Assembly: GCF_000143415.4 (NCBI RefSeq)
Contig: NW_003314399.1
Location: forward strand, 274,254-338,253
DNA from: Selaginella moellendorffii
Lineage: Eukaryota; Plantae; Lycopodiophyta
DNA: 64,000 nucleotides
Direction of reading: 5' to 3'
The position numbers were made by a program, and so were the translations under genes. The notes beneath the pieces are model-generated. The model was not told the origin of the DNA and ran no database searches. It worked only from the letters and a program-made list of their open reading frames with translations. Below are positions 12,682 through 24,806 of this stretch, in pieces; position 1 is the first letter of the stretch, and each line of letters starts with the position of its first letter.

Positions 12682-14070
12682 CTATTCAAATCTCAAATGT
12701 TTATTATAAAGTAGATTATTTGTACCAGGCACTACCAGGCCCAAAATCTTTTGCACAACATGGCCTCCATGTGCTACATTCTTGGAAGCCTGACACGCTC
12801 CAAGCAGGCAAGTGTACTCCAATGCACCTGGAATAAAAGGCATTGAAACAATGAGCTCTTGCGAGGCATCTAGAAATCCACCCCGTCCAAGAAGATCCAA
12901 CATGCAACAAAAGTGCTGCCTTGTGTACTCCAAGCCATGATCTACACCCATTGACAAGAAGAGCGATCGCCCTCTATAAATCTCTCCTCTGTGGCTGCAA
13001 GAGATGATCACTGGAACAAAGCTTGTGGCAGTGGGGGCTTGGACTGTGGCCATGGAGTAAAAGGCCTCCAGAGCTTCGATAAATCGAGCATTCTGCGCAT
13101 TAGAAGCAAGGAGAGCGTTCCAAGAAATCTCACATTGGAGCTCTGGAATGGAATCAAACATGGCCTTGGCTTTTCCTGGATGCCCGTTCGCGGCAAATGC
13201 CGCAAGCATTGCTGTTCTTGAGACAAGATCATGCCGCGGCATTTGGTCGTACACGGACTTTGCTTGCTCGATGTTTCTGGCGCTTGAATACGCGTTTAAG
13301 AGAGATGTCCAGGACAGCGTATCACGCATCGGCATTGAATCAAACAGAGTCTTTGCCTTCTCCTTTTGCCCCGCCAAGGCATTCGCGGAAAGAATTGTGT
13401 TCCAGCAGACGAGGTTCCTCTCTGGCATGGCATCAAAGACACTTTCGGCTCCATCGAGATCAAAGTTTGTGGCGTAAGAAGAGAGAAGAGCACTCCACGA
13501 GACTAGATCGCGGGAAGGAAGCTGATCAAACAAACTTACGACTTGAGATATATGCCCCGAGTGGGCATATGTCGTGAGGATCGTTGTCGCTAAAATCAGA
13601 TCTAGAACTGGAATCTTCTCTAGCAGATTTTGCGACTTAGTCTTGTCACCCTTAAGAATGTACCCTGAAAATATCGCGCTCCATGTTAGCAAGTTCCACT
13701 CCGGCATTTCATGAAACAGCCGCTCAGCGGCGAGTATATACCCAGACTGGGCATGCCCAGTCAGCATTGTTGTCCACGTCACAACGTCCCGCATTGGCAC
13801 GTCATTGAAGATCTGGCTTGCGTGGCCACAGTCCCCGCTTTTGACGTAGGCTGCCAGCATGGTATTCCATGACACGAGGCTGCGGCGTGGCATAGGATCA
13901 AAGAAAGCCCGTGACATGTCAATATGCCCATTCTGGGCATATGCTGCTAGCATGGTGTTCCACGTCACTACACTATGATATGGCATTTGGAGAAAGTAAG
14001 ACCTCGCTCGCTCAAGGTCGTGGCTTTTTACTAGCTCATGTAACACTTTGTTGGAGAAAACTAGTGTCAT
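12682..14070 (-). CDS. PLS-class pentatricopeptide repeat protein with short E-like C-terminus
   Basis: Intronless 462-aa ORF with repeated FD.MP.R..VSWN.ML.AYA..G units and HFCCMLDLLGRGG...MPFIP...LLGAC ending; no DYW. Confidence 0.92.
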   Translation of the reverse strand: MTLVFSNKVLHELVKSHDLERARSYFLQMPYHSVVTWNTMLAAYAQNGHIDMSRAFFDPMPRRSLVSWNTMLAAYVKSGDCGHASQIFNDVPMRDVVTWTTMLTGHAQSGYILAAERLFHEMPEWNLLTWSAIFSGYILKGDKTKSQNLLEKIPVLDLILATTILTTYAHSGHISQVVSLFDQLPSRDLVSWSALLSSYATNFDLDGAESVFDAMPERNLVCWNTILSANALAGQKEKAKTLFDSMPMRDTLSWTSLLNAYSSARNIEQAKSVYDQMPRHDLVSRTAMLAAFAANGHPGKAKAMFDSIPELQCEISWNALLASNAQNARFIEALEAFYSMATVQAPTATSFVPVIISCSHRGEIYRGRSLFLSMGVDHGLEYTRQHFCCMLDLLGRGGFLDASQELIVSMPFIPGALEYTCLLGACQASKNVAHGGHVVQKILGLVVPGTNNLLYNKHLRFE

Positions 14071-14125
14071 TTTTAGTCAAGGACAAACTTACATTTAGTT
14101 AACACCTTTTACCATTAATAAGAAG

Positions 14126-14139
14126 TTGCCACGTGGCAA
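14126..14139. promoter_or_regulatory. Perfect 14-bp palindromic G-box (TTGCCACGTGGCAA) in a divergent promoter
   Basis: Lies in the ~120 bp gap between the PPR start (14070, -) and the BI1-like start (14194, +). Confidence 0.55.
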
Positions 14140-14193
14140 GTTTGTTTTAGGGTTCTTTCCCCGTCTCCGACCAAGAAAGAGAGAGAAGAGAAA

Positions 14194-15306
14194 ATGTATG
14201 GATCAACGTCGGGCAATTTCAAAGGTGGTGGTGGCTACGCGGACATCGAGACGGGATACGAGCCCAGCGGAGCGCTCTACCCGGGCATCGATTACAGCGA
14301 CAACGTCCTGCGATGGGGTTTCATCCGCAAAGTCTATGGAATCCTGAGCACCCAGATCGTTCTCACAGCTCTCGTCGCGGCGGTGATCGTCTTCTCGCAG
14401 CCCGTCGCGGATTTCTTCGCGCACAACACACTGCTCCTCGTCCTCCTCGCGCTCCTGCCTCTGATACGTAAGTCCGTGCTTCTTTTTTTGCTTTTCTTCT
14501 TTGCTTGGCTTTCTGTGATCTTGGCTTTTGTCTTCCTGCTCAAAATCTTCCTGTGATCCTGTCAAGATTTAGTTTTCCTCTGCGTCTGCTTCCTTGCAAG
14601 AACTGGTTTTCGATCCTGTCTTCCTTGGATAAACTTCATCCTCTCCTGTTCCTGATTGTTTTGTTTTCCTTTTCCTCTCAGTGCTATGCCCGCTCTACAA
14701 CTATCAGCACCACCATCCGCTCAACTTGGTTCTTCTCAGCCTCTTCACGGTCTTCTTGAGCCTCTCCGTCGGGACTTCCTGCGCCTTCATCCGAGGTAAG
14801 CAAAGCTTGTCCCGTTCCATCTGTTTTCACCCCTCGCTCCAAACGATTCTCAACCTGTTCCACTTTTTGTCCGAATCGCAGGAGACGTCCTGCTCGAGGC
14901 CCTCATTCTCACTGCTACAGTAGCACTAGCTCTGACAGCGTACACCTTCTGGGCAGTAAAGCAAGGCCACGACTTCAGCTTCCTCAGACCATATCTCTTC
15001 GTATCGCTTGTAGTCCTCGTGCTCTGGGGGATAATCCAGGTGTGTGCATATCGGACATCCCAGCTAATCCTCTCCTGTTTTTGTGGCTTCCAGATCTTCT
15101 TTCCTCTGGGACCAGTCTCGGGGACCATCTTTGCTGCAATAACCACCGTCATCTTCAGTGCATATATAATCTACGATACCGAGAACTTGATCAGAAGGTT
15201 CACTTTCGATGAGTATATCTGGGCTTCGGTGTCCCTGTACTTGGACATATTGAACCTTTTCTTAGCACTGCTAAATCTTTTGCGGGGCCTCCAGTCGAAT
15301 AACTGA
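14194..15306 (+). CDS. Bax inhibitor-1 family / Lifeguard (BI1-like) protein, 4 exons
   Basis: LRWGFIRKVYGILSTQ, HPLNLVLLSLFT, YTFWAVKQGHDFSFL, YIIYDTENLIRRFTFDEYIWASVSLYLDILNLF; exons ~14194-14467, 14682-14794, 14882-15039, 15094-15306. Confidence 0.93.
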
Positions 15307-15469
15307 AACCTCTATACAATTGCCTGAAAAAATTTGTTACAGAAGAATAGAAAACAAGACTCCGAAACTGAGAAAAAAAAGAAAAAAACTAGAAGAGAAC
15401 GGCGATTATTGTAACGGGAAAAAGAATCCCTTACCCACTGGCTTCTGATGTTAATGTACACTTACCTGT

Positions 15470-17975
15470 TCACCTCCAGTGTCCACTAAACACTTGTGAA
15501 AATGGTCTCCGCAACGTGACTTGTGGGAATAACTTCTCTCGAGCATCTTCGGCGTCTTTCCCTTCACTCGGCTTACTTTGTTGATTGAGAAGGTCCTTCT
15601 CGTCCTCGAGATTATCCTCGGTGTGCTGCTTTTTGTCACCTGTTTCCAAGTGGTAACCGAAGCCATGCACTGGTAAGTTGAAAAGTGCGTACTGGCTTTT
15701 CTTCTCCCTGGGTACAAGGCGAGCGACGAGCTTGAACGCAAATGGAGTGAGGACAAGGCTGAATGCGCTGGTACCCATCAAGAGGAGGTAGAGCTTTCTG
15801 GATACTAGTCCCAGGCCTTGAGCACGGCTCAGCAGCACAAACGAGAATTCCCCGATCTGTGCGAGAGCAATGCCAACGCTCACAGATATAGGAGTGCTGT
15901 AGCCAAATGCACAGACCTGAAACACCAGCAAACAAAACTTAGAAGCTTGCAAACAACAGTCGAGGACTTTCAAAATTGTACCACTATAGCGATCAAGAAT
16001 GTTTTGCCGAAGAACAGAACCGCGAGTGACCCCAGTAGAATATCTTTGTGCTGCCAGAGAAATACGGGGTGCATGACCATGCCGATAGAAGCTAAAAAAA
16101 GCGAGGCAAATATATTCCGTATTGGCTCGACGTGGTGGAGAGTTTTCTCGCTATACGTTCCACCTGCACAAGAATACACAAAAGAACAATTTAAAATTAG
16201 AAGAAATCAAACCAAGTATACAACCTGATAGCATGAGACCCGCGACGAAAGCGCCAACTTCAAGCCCGAGCCCGAGGCTTTGACTTAGCATGGATATACT
16301 CAGACAAAGTCCAACGATTCCTAGCTGGTACAACTCGGAGCTGTTCTTCGACAAGCGGCTGAGAGCCGAAAGCAACCGTGAAACAACCAACTTGGAGGCG
16401 ATCCAGGCCACCGCACAAAAACCGGACAGCAAAAGACACTCCCTTGCCAATGCAATCAGGATCGTCCAGGAGCTGCTGCCTTTGGCCGCGAGTGCCGGCA
16501 TGACGGCTAGCAAGAGCCCCAAAGCGCAGTCTTGGAAAATAAGCGTGCCGAGTAGTATCTGGGACCACCGGAAAAGAAAACACAAAAACAACTTAGATCG
16601 TGTGCTTGTCACGCAAGTGTATTTAGATTAGATTCCAACCTGACCGTGTTCCGTGCCGGCCATGTTGGCGTCCATCATGCATTTTACCACGACCGCGGTG
16701 GACGACATGGACAGAAAAGCCCCTGCATACGGGCGCACGTCACACAATCTGCATAGAAAGTCAATGTAACTTTTGCTGCTAGACTACGAGACTCACCAAT
16801 GAAGATACCCTGCGGAACCGTCGTGGAGAGCAGGGCCCCAAGCACCATCGCCGTGAGGATTTGGATGCACCCGCCGCCTAAAGCCACGGCTTTCACTCCC
16901 TGCATCTTTGTCGCGCTAAACTCCACGCCGAGAGCGAATAGCAAGAATATGACACCGAACTGAGCGAGTGTTTCTACCTGGAACGTAAAGCTTAGACAAT
17001 GACAAAGACAATGACGAAGCTTCATACCTGGACTAGCTCGTGAACGAGGTGGAGACCACCTGGTCCCACGAACATCCCAGCAGCAAGGTAGCCCAGGATC
17101 ACCGGCTGTCCCAGGAACGCAAAAACGATAGCTCCAAGCGCGGACGCAACCATGACGACGACAATGTCCCGGATCAACATCAAGTCCTCCTGAAACTGCA
17201 TCTGAGACCTCTTCCCGGGATGACTGATAACGTACTCGTTGTCGTCTCTGTCGATCAACCGAGCAACGTCCTCCGACTGGTAGCGTCGCCCATTGTCTTT
17301 TCCTGCCGTGGAGTTCTTCTTCTCACCACCAGGCTTCTGACCGATAGTCGTAGCGTTTGGACTTGGATGCGGCAAAATGGAAGGATGCTCCAATGTGGCA
17401 CTACTATCACGTCGCTCGTCTTGTGTCTCGGCAGTGGCATTAGTCTGCTGCTGCTGTGGCACCACCACCACCCCTTCTGGATCGATCGCTTTCTCTTCGT
17501 CCGGCTTGTCATCTTTGCCAGACTGCTGCTCGCTCTCTTTGCCATTGCTCCCGGGCTCCTCCTCGTCCATGGAGTGCTTGCCGACTCTCGCAACAGTCTC
17601 GAGCACACCACCTTGGTTCTCAATCGTGTCGTTAAACTTGCCCGCTTCCTTCTGGCTGTCATCCTCCAGAGAATCAAAAAGCTTCTCCACATTCTTGACT
17701 ATCTGGCTCGCCTTGTCGTTCACCTCCTTGTTTCTTGTGTCGTTGCTCTTGACGTCCCACCTAACAGAGAAAGTAGCATTCCCTCCAGTCCCATTCGCAG
17801 CACCACCAAATCCCTCCACACCACTCCCATTCTTCGCCGCCGCCTCGAGAATCTCTAACGCATCGGTCCCTATGCTGCTACCACCATCGCCATCGCCTCT
17901 AGCATCGCTGGCGCTCGCAGATCCAGCTCGATACCACAGCAGGGGAAGCAGCAGCAGCAAGAGGAGCACTCTCAT
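15470..17975 (-). CDS. K+ efflux antiporter, KEA4/5/6 type (CPA2), multi-exon
   Basis: Signal peptide MRVLLLLLLLPLLW; VLETVARV; LIDRDDNEYVISHP; GQPVILGYLAAG; VETLAQFGVIFLLFALGVEFS; GTLIFQDCALG; VEPIRNIFASLFLASIGM; LAQIGEFSFVLLSRA. Confidence 0.92.
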
Positions 17976-18201
17976 TGCCAAATTCCAGTCGCTCGATTCC
18001 AATCCACACCTCATGACGCTGCTGCCGCTTGAATCTCAGCTCCAGCGCTGCCACATTGCGACATCCTGCCGCATTCGTCGATCCGGCGCGCTCACCTGTG
18101 GAGAATCCCTGCCCTAACCCTATTACGCGGTAGCAAAATTTTAACAGGGCCCTGTGAATGGTAGAATATTCTCTTCCAGATTCGCTTCTTTCTTATTATT
18201 G

Positions 18202-18893
18202 CTATTGGCGCTGGTGGTGGTGTTGATGGTGCTGGTGCTCGTCGCCCACTACCACTTTCTGGACGATTATAATGTAGTAGTCTTCGCTGGGGACAACAAT
18301 GAGCTCGTGTAATTTCGTTCTCACTCTCACCAACATCATGGTGTCCTACAAAAGAAATAAAAAAACAATCCAGCGATCAAAACGAAGGATCGGGCACAAA
18401 AAAGGAGTTTTCTTGGATGACTTACAGTTGGTTCGATATCGGCCGCCAAGTTCTTAGATTTCATCACGATCAGAGCGACGTATCTTGCGTACTGCACGAA
18501 TAAGTACCTGTCTGTGTACGGGGCTTGAGACGTGGGAATTATCAAAAGAGCGAACCTGTGTCGTTGTGGCGTGGTCCATGGAGCTCTTGATGGGGATTCC
18601 AAGGCTGTCGGTCAAGATTGTCCCAACGATACCTTGGACAAAAAGAAAAAAGCCAGCATTTGTTTTATTCCAAGCTTGAGAAAACTCTATCGAATTTAAG
18701 TAGCTTAAGAGAGGTACCTTTGTGAGAGGATATACTCTTGAGTGTTTCCTCTGAAACGTACTGCATAAAAAACAGGGAGAGGAAGCTACAGTGAGCACAA
18801 AATTGAAAGCAATAGCACCTTGTTTTGACGTAGTGTTGCCGGGTCTATTCTCACAGCCTCCTCCAGAGACGATGGTACTGCGTCTTCGTCCAT
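18202..18893 (-). CDS. Dynein light chain Roadblock/LC7 family protein (5 exons, ~134 aa)
   Basis: Phase-compatible GT-AG exons 18893-18819, 18760-18718, 18632-18556, 18491-18426, 18345-18202 give MDEDAVPSSLEEAVRIDPATLRQNKYVSEETLKSISSHKGIVGTILTDSLGIPIKSSMDHATTTQYARYVALIVMKSKNLAADIEPTDTMMLVRVRTKLHELIVVPSEDYYIIIVQK..., matching the Roadblock pattern EETLK.I.SHKGV.G.I.....GIPI...(R)IRSKK.EI.VAP...Y..IVIQ. Confidence 0.88.
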
Positions 18894-19327
18894 GACTGTA
18901 TGAAACGACTAAAGGCGCAGCGCACAGTGATAGGTCCAGCTCGTTCGAGACCTAATCAATCGGTTCACCTGAAATCCCCACGTGGATGCCACGCAGGAAG
19001 AAAAAAGAAAAAAGAAAAAACGTTTGGTAACTCGCAAAAAAGAAAAAAAGAAAAAAAAAGCGGACACCAAGAGTGACTGACAAAGAAAAGATCTCGAGAT
19101 AGAGGACACAGGAAAAACAAAAACGTTCGGTAACTCATGAAAGGAAAAAAGCAATTGTGAGATAGAGCACATATTAAAACACCTGGGAATCTAGACATCC
19201 AAGAAAACTTTGGCTTGGACAAAGGCGCAAATCACACTTTGTAACAACGGACGTACAGAGGTGGAACTGGAATCGAATGTAAAAACTCGCGAAACCGGCA
19301 ACACACGAGGCGCGTACCTGCAGGTTA

Positions 19328-21845
19328 CTATAAAGGCCTGCTCATTCGATTCGCTTGTCCGGCTGAAAACGATCTGCGAGGAAGCTTCGCCGAGTACGGG
19401 CTGCTGTTGGAATTTCGTTGGGTGATTCGAGCTGATCGAGGACTTCCACCATTCTGAGATTTTAGAAAACTTTTAGCTTCGGTTATACGAGTGCGCACAA
19501 AATTCTTACCGGAGTAAAAATTCGTTCCGCCGACATCATAGGAAGCACTTGCTTCGGCATTGCGTTATGTGGCAAATAATCAGCCCGAAGTGGGTTCAGT
19601 TTTTGGATGTCCTGGTCACAGGACCTGAAACCTCAACTTGTACTCGTTAGTAACCCCTTGGAAACAGTAGAGTAAAGCACGTACATGCATTTGAAACCCA
19701 TTAGCGGCTTTCCACTAAACACCGCATGCTCTGGTTGCTCCATGAACTCACGAACAATCCGAGCTATTTTCTGCAAAAATGTGAAAACAGCTATCGTCTG
19801 GGAGGATACATCGAGGCAAGTTACCTGCATATCTTTCTTTTCTGCTTTTGTCTCTTTCATACCGTCAACTAGGATCTGCAACTCCTTCATTTGTGTTGTA
19901 TCTTCTTTCACTTGTATTTGATTCTCTCTTAATGCTTTCTGCAGTAGCAAACATGTGAAATCAGATAGGCTCGCAATCCCTTACCTCAAAAGCAAAAAAC
20001 ATGTCCTCGTAGGCTGCTTCAGGATCTTGAGGTTTCTGATCAGAAAAAGTTTCTGGTGCACCTGGAGCTCCTGGAACGCCTGAGGCTGCCGGAACACCTG
20101 GAGCCCCTGGAGCGCCTGGAGGGCCTGGCGCTCCCAAAGGTCCAGAAGCTCCCGGTGCTCCTGCAACTGCACCTGAAGGAAAGCCAGCAGTTCCAGGTGG
20201 AGCGGCAGACACTTCTACGGGCTTTTGTTCTGGAGCAAACCGCTGGTCATGACCAGACATGATAAGCACGGTCCTTCCAAGATATCCCATGTCCCTATGA
20301 ATCTGCAAAATTCTCAAATAAACTCAAGTTCTGAAATGTGCTGAGGACCATCACCTCTTCTAGCAGTCTGTCGTGATTTTTCAAAGCGTCACGGACTTCG
20401 TCCGCAACATAGTCCGTCACCATGCCCTGATAAACGTAAAAAATACTTCGCTCGCTAGATCAGACGCATGCATAAGTACTCTACTCACCTTTGTGCCTCC
20501 AGCTAGCAAACTTGATAACTTTGACGACCTACGATTGGGTGGAGGACCTGAAGCAGAGCCTCTCCTTTGTTGATGCCGAAGATCCTCAATCATTTGTGCC
20601 ACTCTTTGAAGAGACTGGGGAAGGAAACAACATCAGCCAAAGCAGAATGCCAATAGAAAACTATCACCTCTTTGTTGGTTTGAGTCAGCGTTTCTAGAGC
20701 AACAACATCAGCTTTTGCTTGCAGGCGGTTTTGAAGATCGGTAACAGCGGTTCCAAGGTCTGCCACGATGGCACTCGGACGCCGCTGGCCTGGTTTGAGC
20801 TCCGGGGGAGCTACAAGTTTCGTATCAAGATCCACACGAAGTGCCTGAAGCCATTGAAAAGTTAAGGTGCCTTCATACAACGATTTTACGTACTTGGCAG
20901 TATTTGTTGAGTGCTTCTAGCTCAGCAGCATGATTTGAGGCGGTTTGCTGAAGTTGTATTTTGAGGTCATCTCCCTGAAGCAGTAACCCCGTTGTACCCG
21001 TGAACATTTGCCATGAAATTGAGATAGTTGAGAATTGCATACTTGATTTTCCAAACTTTGCAGCCTTCCACTGTGGTCCAGAACATCAGCTTGTAAAGAC
21101 TCTATTTCTTCTGTCATAACTCGCACTGCCCCCGTCGTTTCCACTACATGCTGCTCAAACTGTGACTGGAAGTTTTCACCCTGTTTCCTTATTGTTTCGT
21201 CCTGCTCCTTGACTTTGGTTTGCAGCTCTGAACTGACCGCAGTCAGGTTCTGGATTCCTCCCTCTAAATCTTCAACTCTTTTGGGAACAGACTCGACGGC
21301 TGCCTTCAATTCTGCCAAATCCCCAGTCACTGTCTTGACGTTTACAGAATTTTCTTCCATCCTGCAATGAAAGCTTTTGTCAAGTTCCACTCACCAAGCA
21401 CGAAGCATACCCTTTTTGAACAGCGTTGATACGATCTCCAGTGACTTTAACATGTGTATCGAGCTTCTCAGCCTGCTTTTGGACCTCGACCTCGGTGAAA
21501 TCTTTACACTCTTTAGCCGTGTTTTTACTGCATTGCGTCGCGTCAGGGAAAGAAAAAACAGAAAAGAAAACGGGTCAAATCTCATACCAGACTTCGTAAA
21601 TCTCCTCCTTGAAAGCTTGAAAATTTTTGGCGAGCTCCTCAGCTTTCTCAAGCCGTGCTGTCTGTGATACCGATGGTTAAAATCAATTTCTCTCCTCTGT
21701 TCTCAACGTAGCTACAACTTACATGAGCTGTGAGTCGATCGCAGACAGATCGCAAAAGACTTTGCAGTTTCTCCCACTGCAACTGCGCTACAACTGGTAC
21801 ATGGGTGACCGCCAAAATCTCCCGAATGATCGCAACATCGTCCAT
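19328..21845 (-). CDS. Multi-exon coiled-coil protein, QRICH2/C16orf96 (DUF4795)-like
   Basis: Heptad-rich exons (LAELKAAVESVPKRVEDLEGGIQNL...), KAD/KAE motifs, Gly-Pro tract, and a spliced C-terminal KPLMGFKCMSCDQ motif resembling the F.CxSCD motif of that family; stop at 19328 after ...RMSRPL. The gene is clear; the family call is inference. Confidence 0.6.
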
Positions 21846-22380
21846 GGCTGCAAGATTACACCTGTCCTAAAAGCGTCGAGAACTATCTTCCTCAAAATCC
21901 TGCCTGCTTTTCAAGCTCCAGCGCACCAGCATTGCCATGTCCCATCAAAATCTCCCCAGGATCAAGGCCCCAAGAATCCGGGCAATGTGAGACTCATAGA
22001 GTACTTTCGATGCGCAAGCAGCCGATCGGAGCCATTTCTCGATCCAGCGCCTACCAGAGGAGTGATCGCTCGAGATCTGGTAAAAAACAGAGCTCCGGCG
22101 GTAAAGCAGCCTCGGCGCTCCCACGCTAGCCCTGCCCCAATACCCTAATCCCTCGCTAAGAGCTTCGCGTGACCACGCCCTTTCTGGCTCTTCCACCATT
22201 GTATGCAGCTCGTCGCTTTTGTCGACTTGGCAGCATCGCGGCGGTCCGTTGAGTGGAAAGAAACGAATCCCGGCCGTCGATGCCTTCTTTCGTCAGTTCT
22301 AATGGCAAAGGTCATGAGAGAGAAATGCGGGTGCTTTGCCTTCACTGCCTACGTGGCCAGGTTTTTAGGTATTAAACTAT

Positions 22381-22390
22381 TTAGGGTTTT
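22381..22390. promoter_or_regulatory. Telo-box (TTAGGGTTT) just upstream of MetAP2
   Basis: AAACCCTAA on the minus strand next to the ATG of a translation-associated gene, a typical plant telo-box context. Confidence 0.5.
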
Positions 22391-22395
22391 TCGCG

Positions 22396-24456
<2,061 letters not shown>

Positions 24457-24806
24457 TGAAAGTTTTCCAATATCATTGTTCGAGCATTTGGTTGATCGAG
24501 TTTCGGCTGCTCCTTTTGTACGGTAAACTTAGTTTTTTCATTGCGGACATTCTCTGATCACGCAATCTTTGTGTTAACTGCAGTTAATTTAAGGCAGCCT
24601 GACAGCAACTGTTTCTTCAATGCATCTCTAACAGGTGTTTCTGGGATTGAGTGAGAAAGCAAAAGCCTGGGATCGTGGGATTACGCCATCATGAACTTTG
24701 AAAGTTTCGGACACTCGCTCCCTACTTGACAGATAGTCAGTTAAACAGAGAAGATCCGTTACTAACAGGTACGTTGGAAGTACGTCATTCTTATTGCATG
24801 ACTTAA

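Noticed and set aside
17040-18117. Long plus-strand ORFs (272 and 246 aa)
   Set aside because: Antisense shadows of KEA exon 1; no recognisable motifs.
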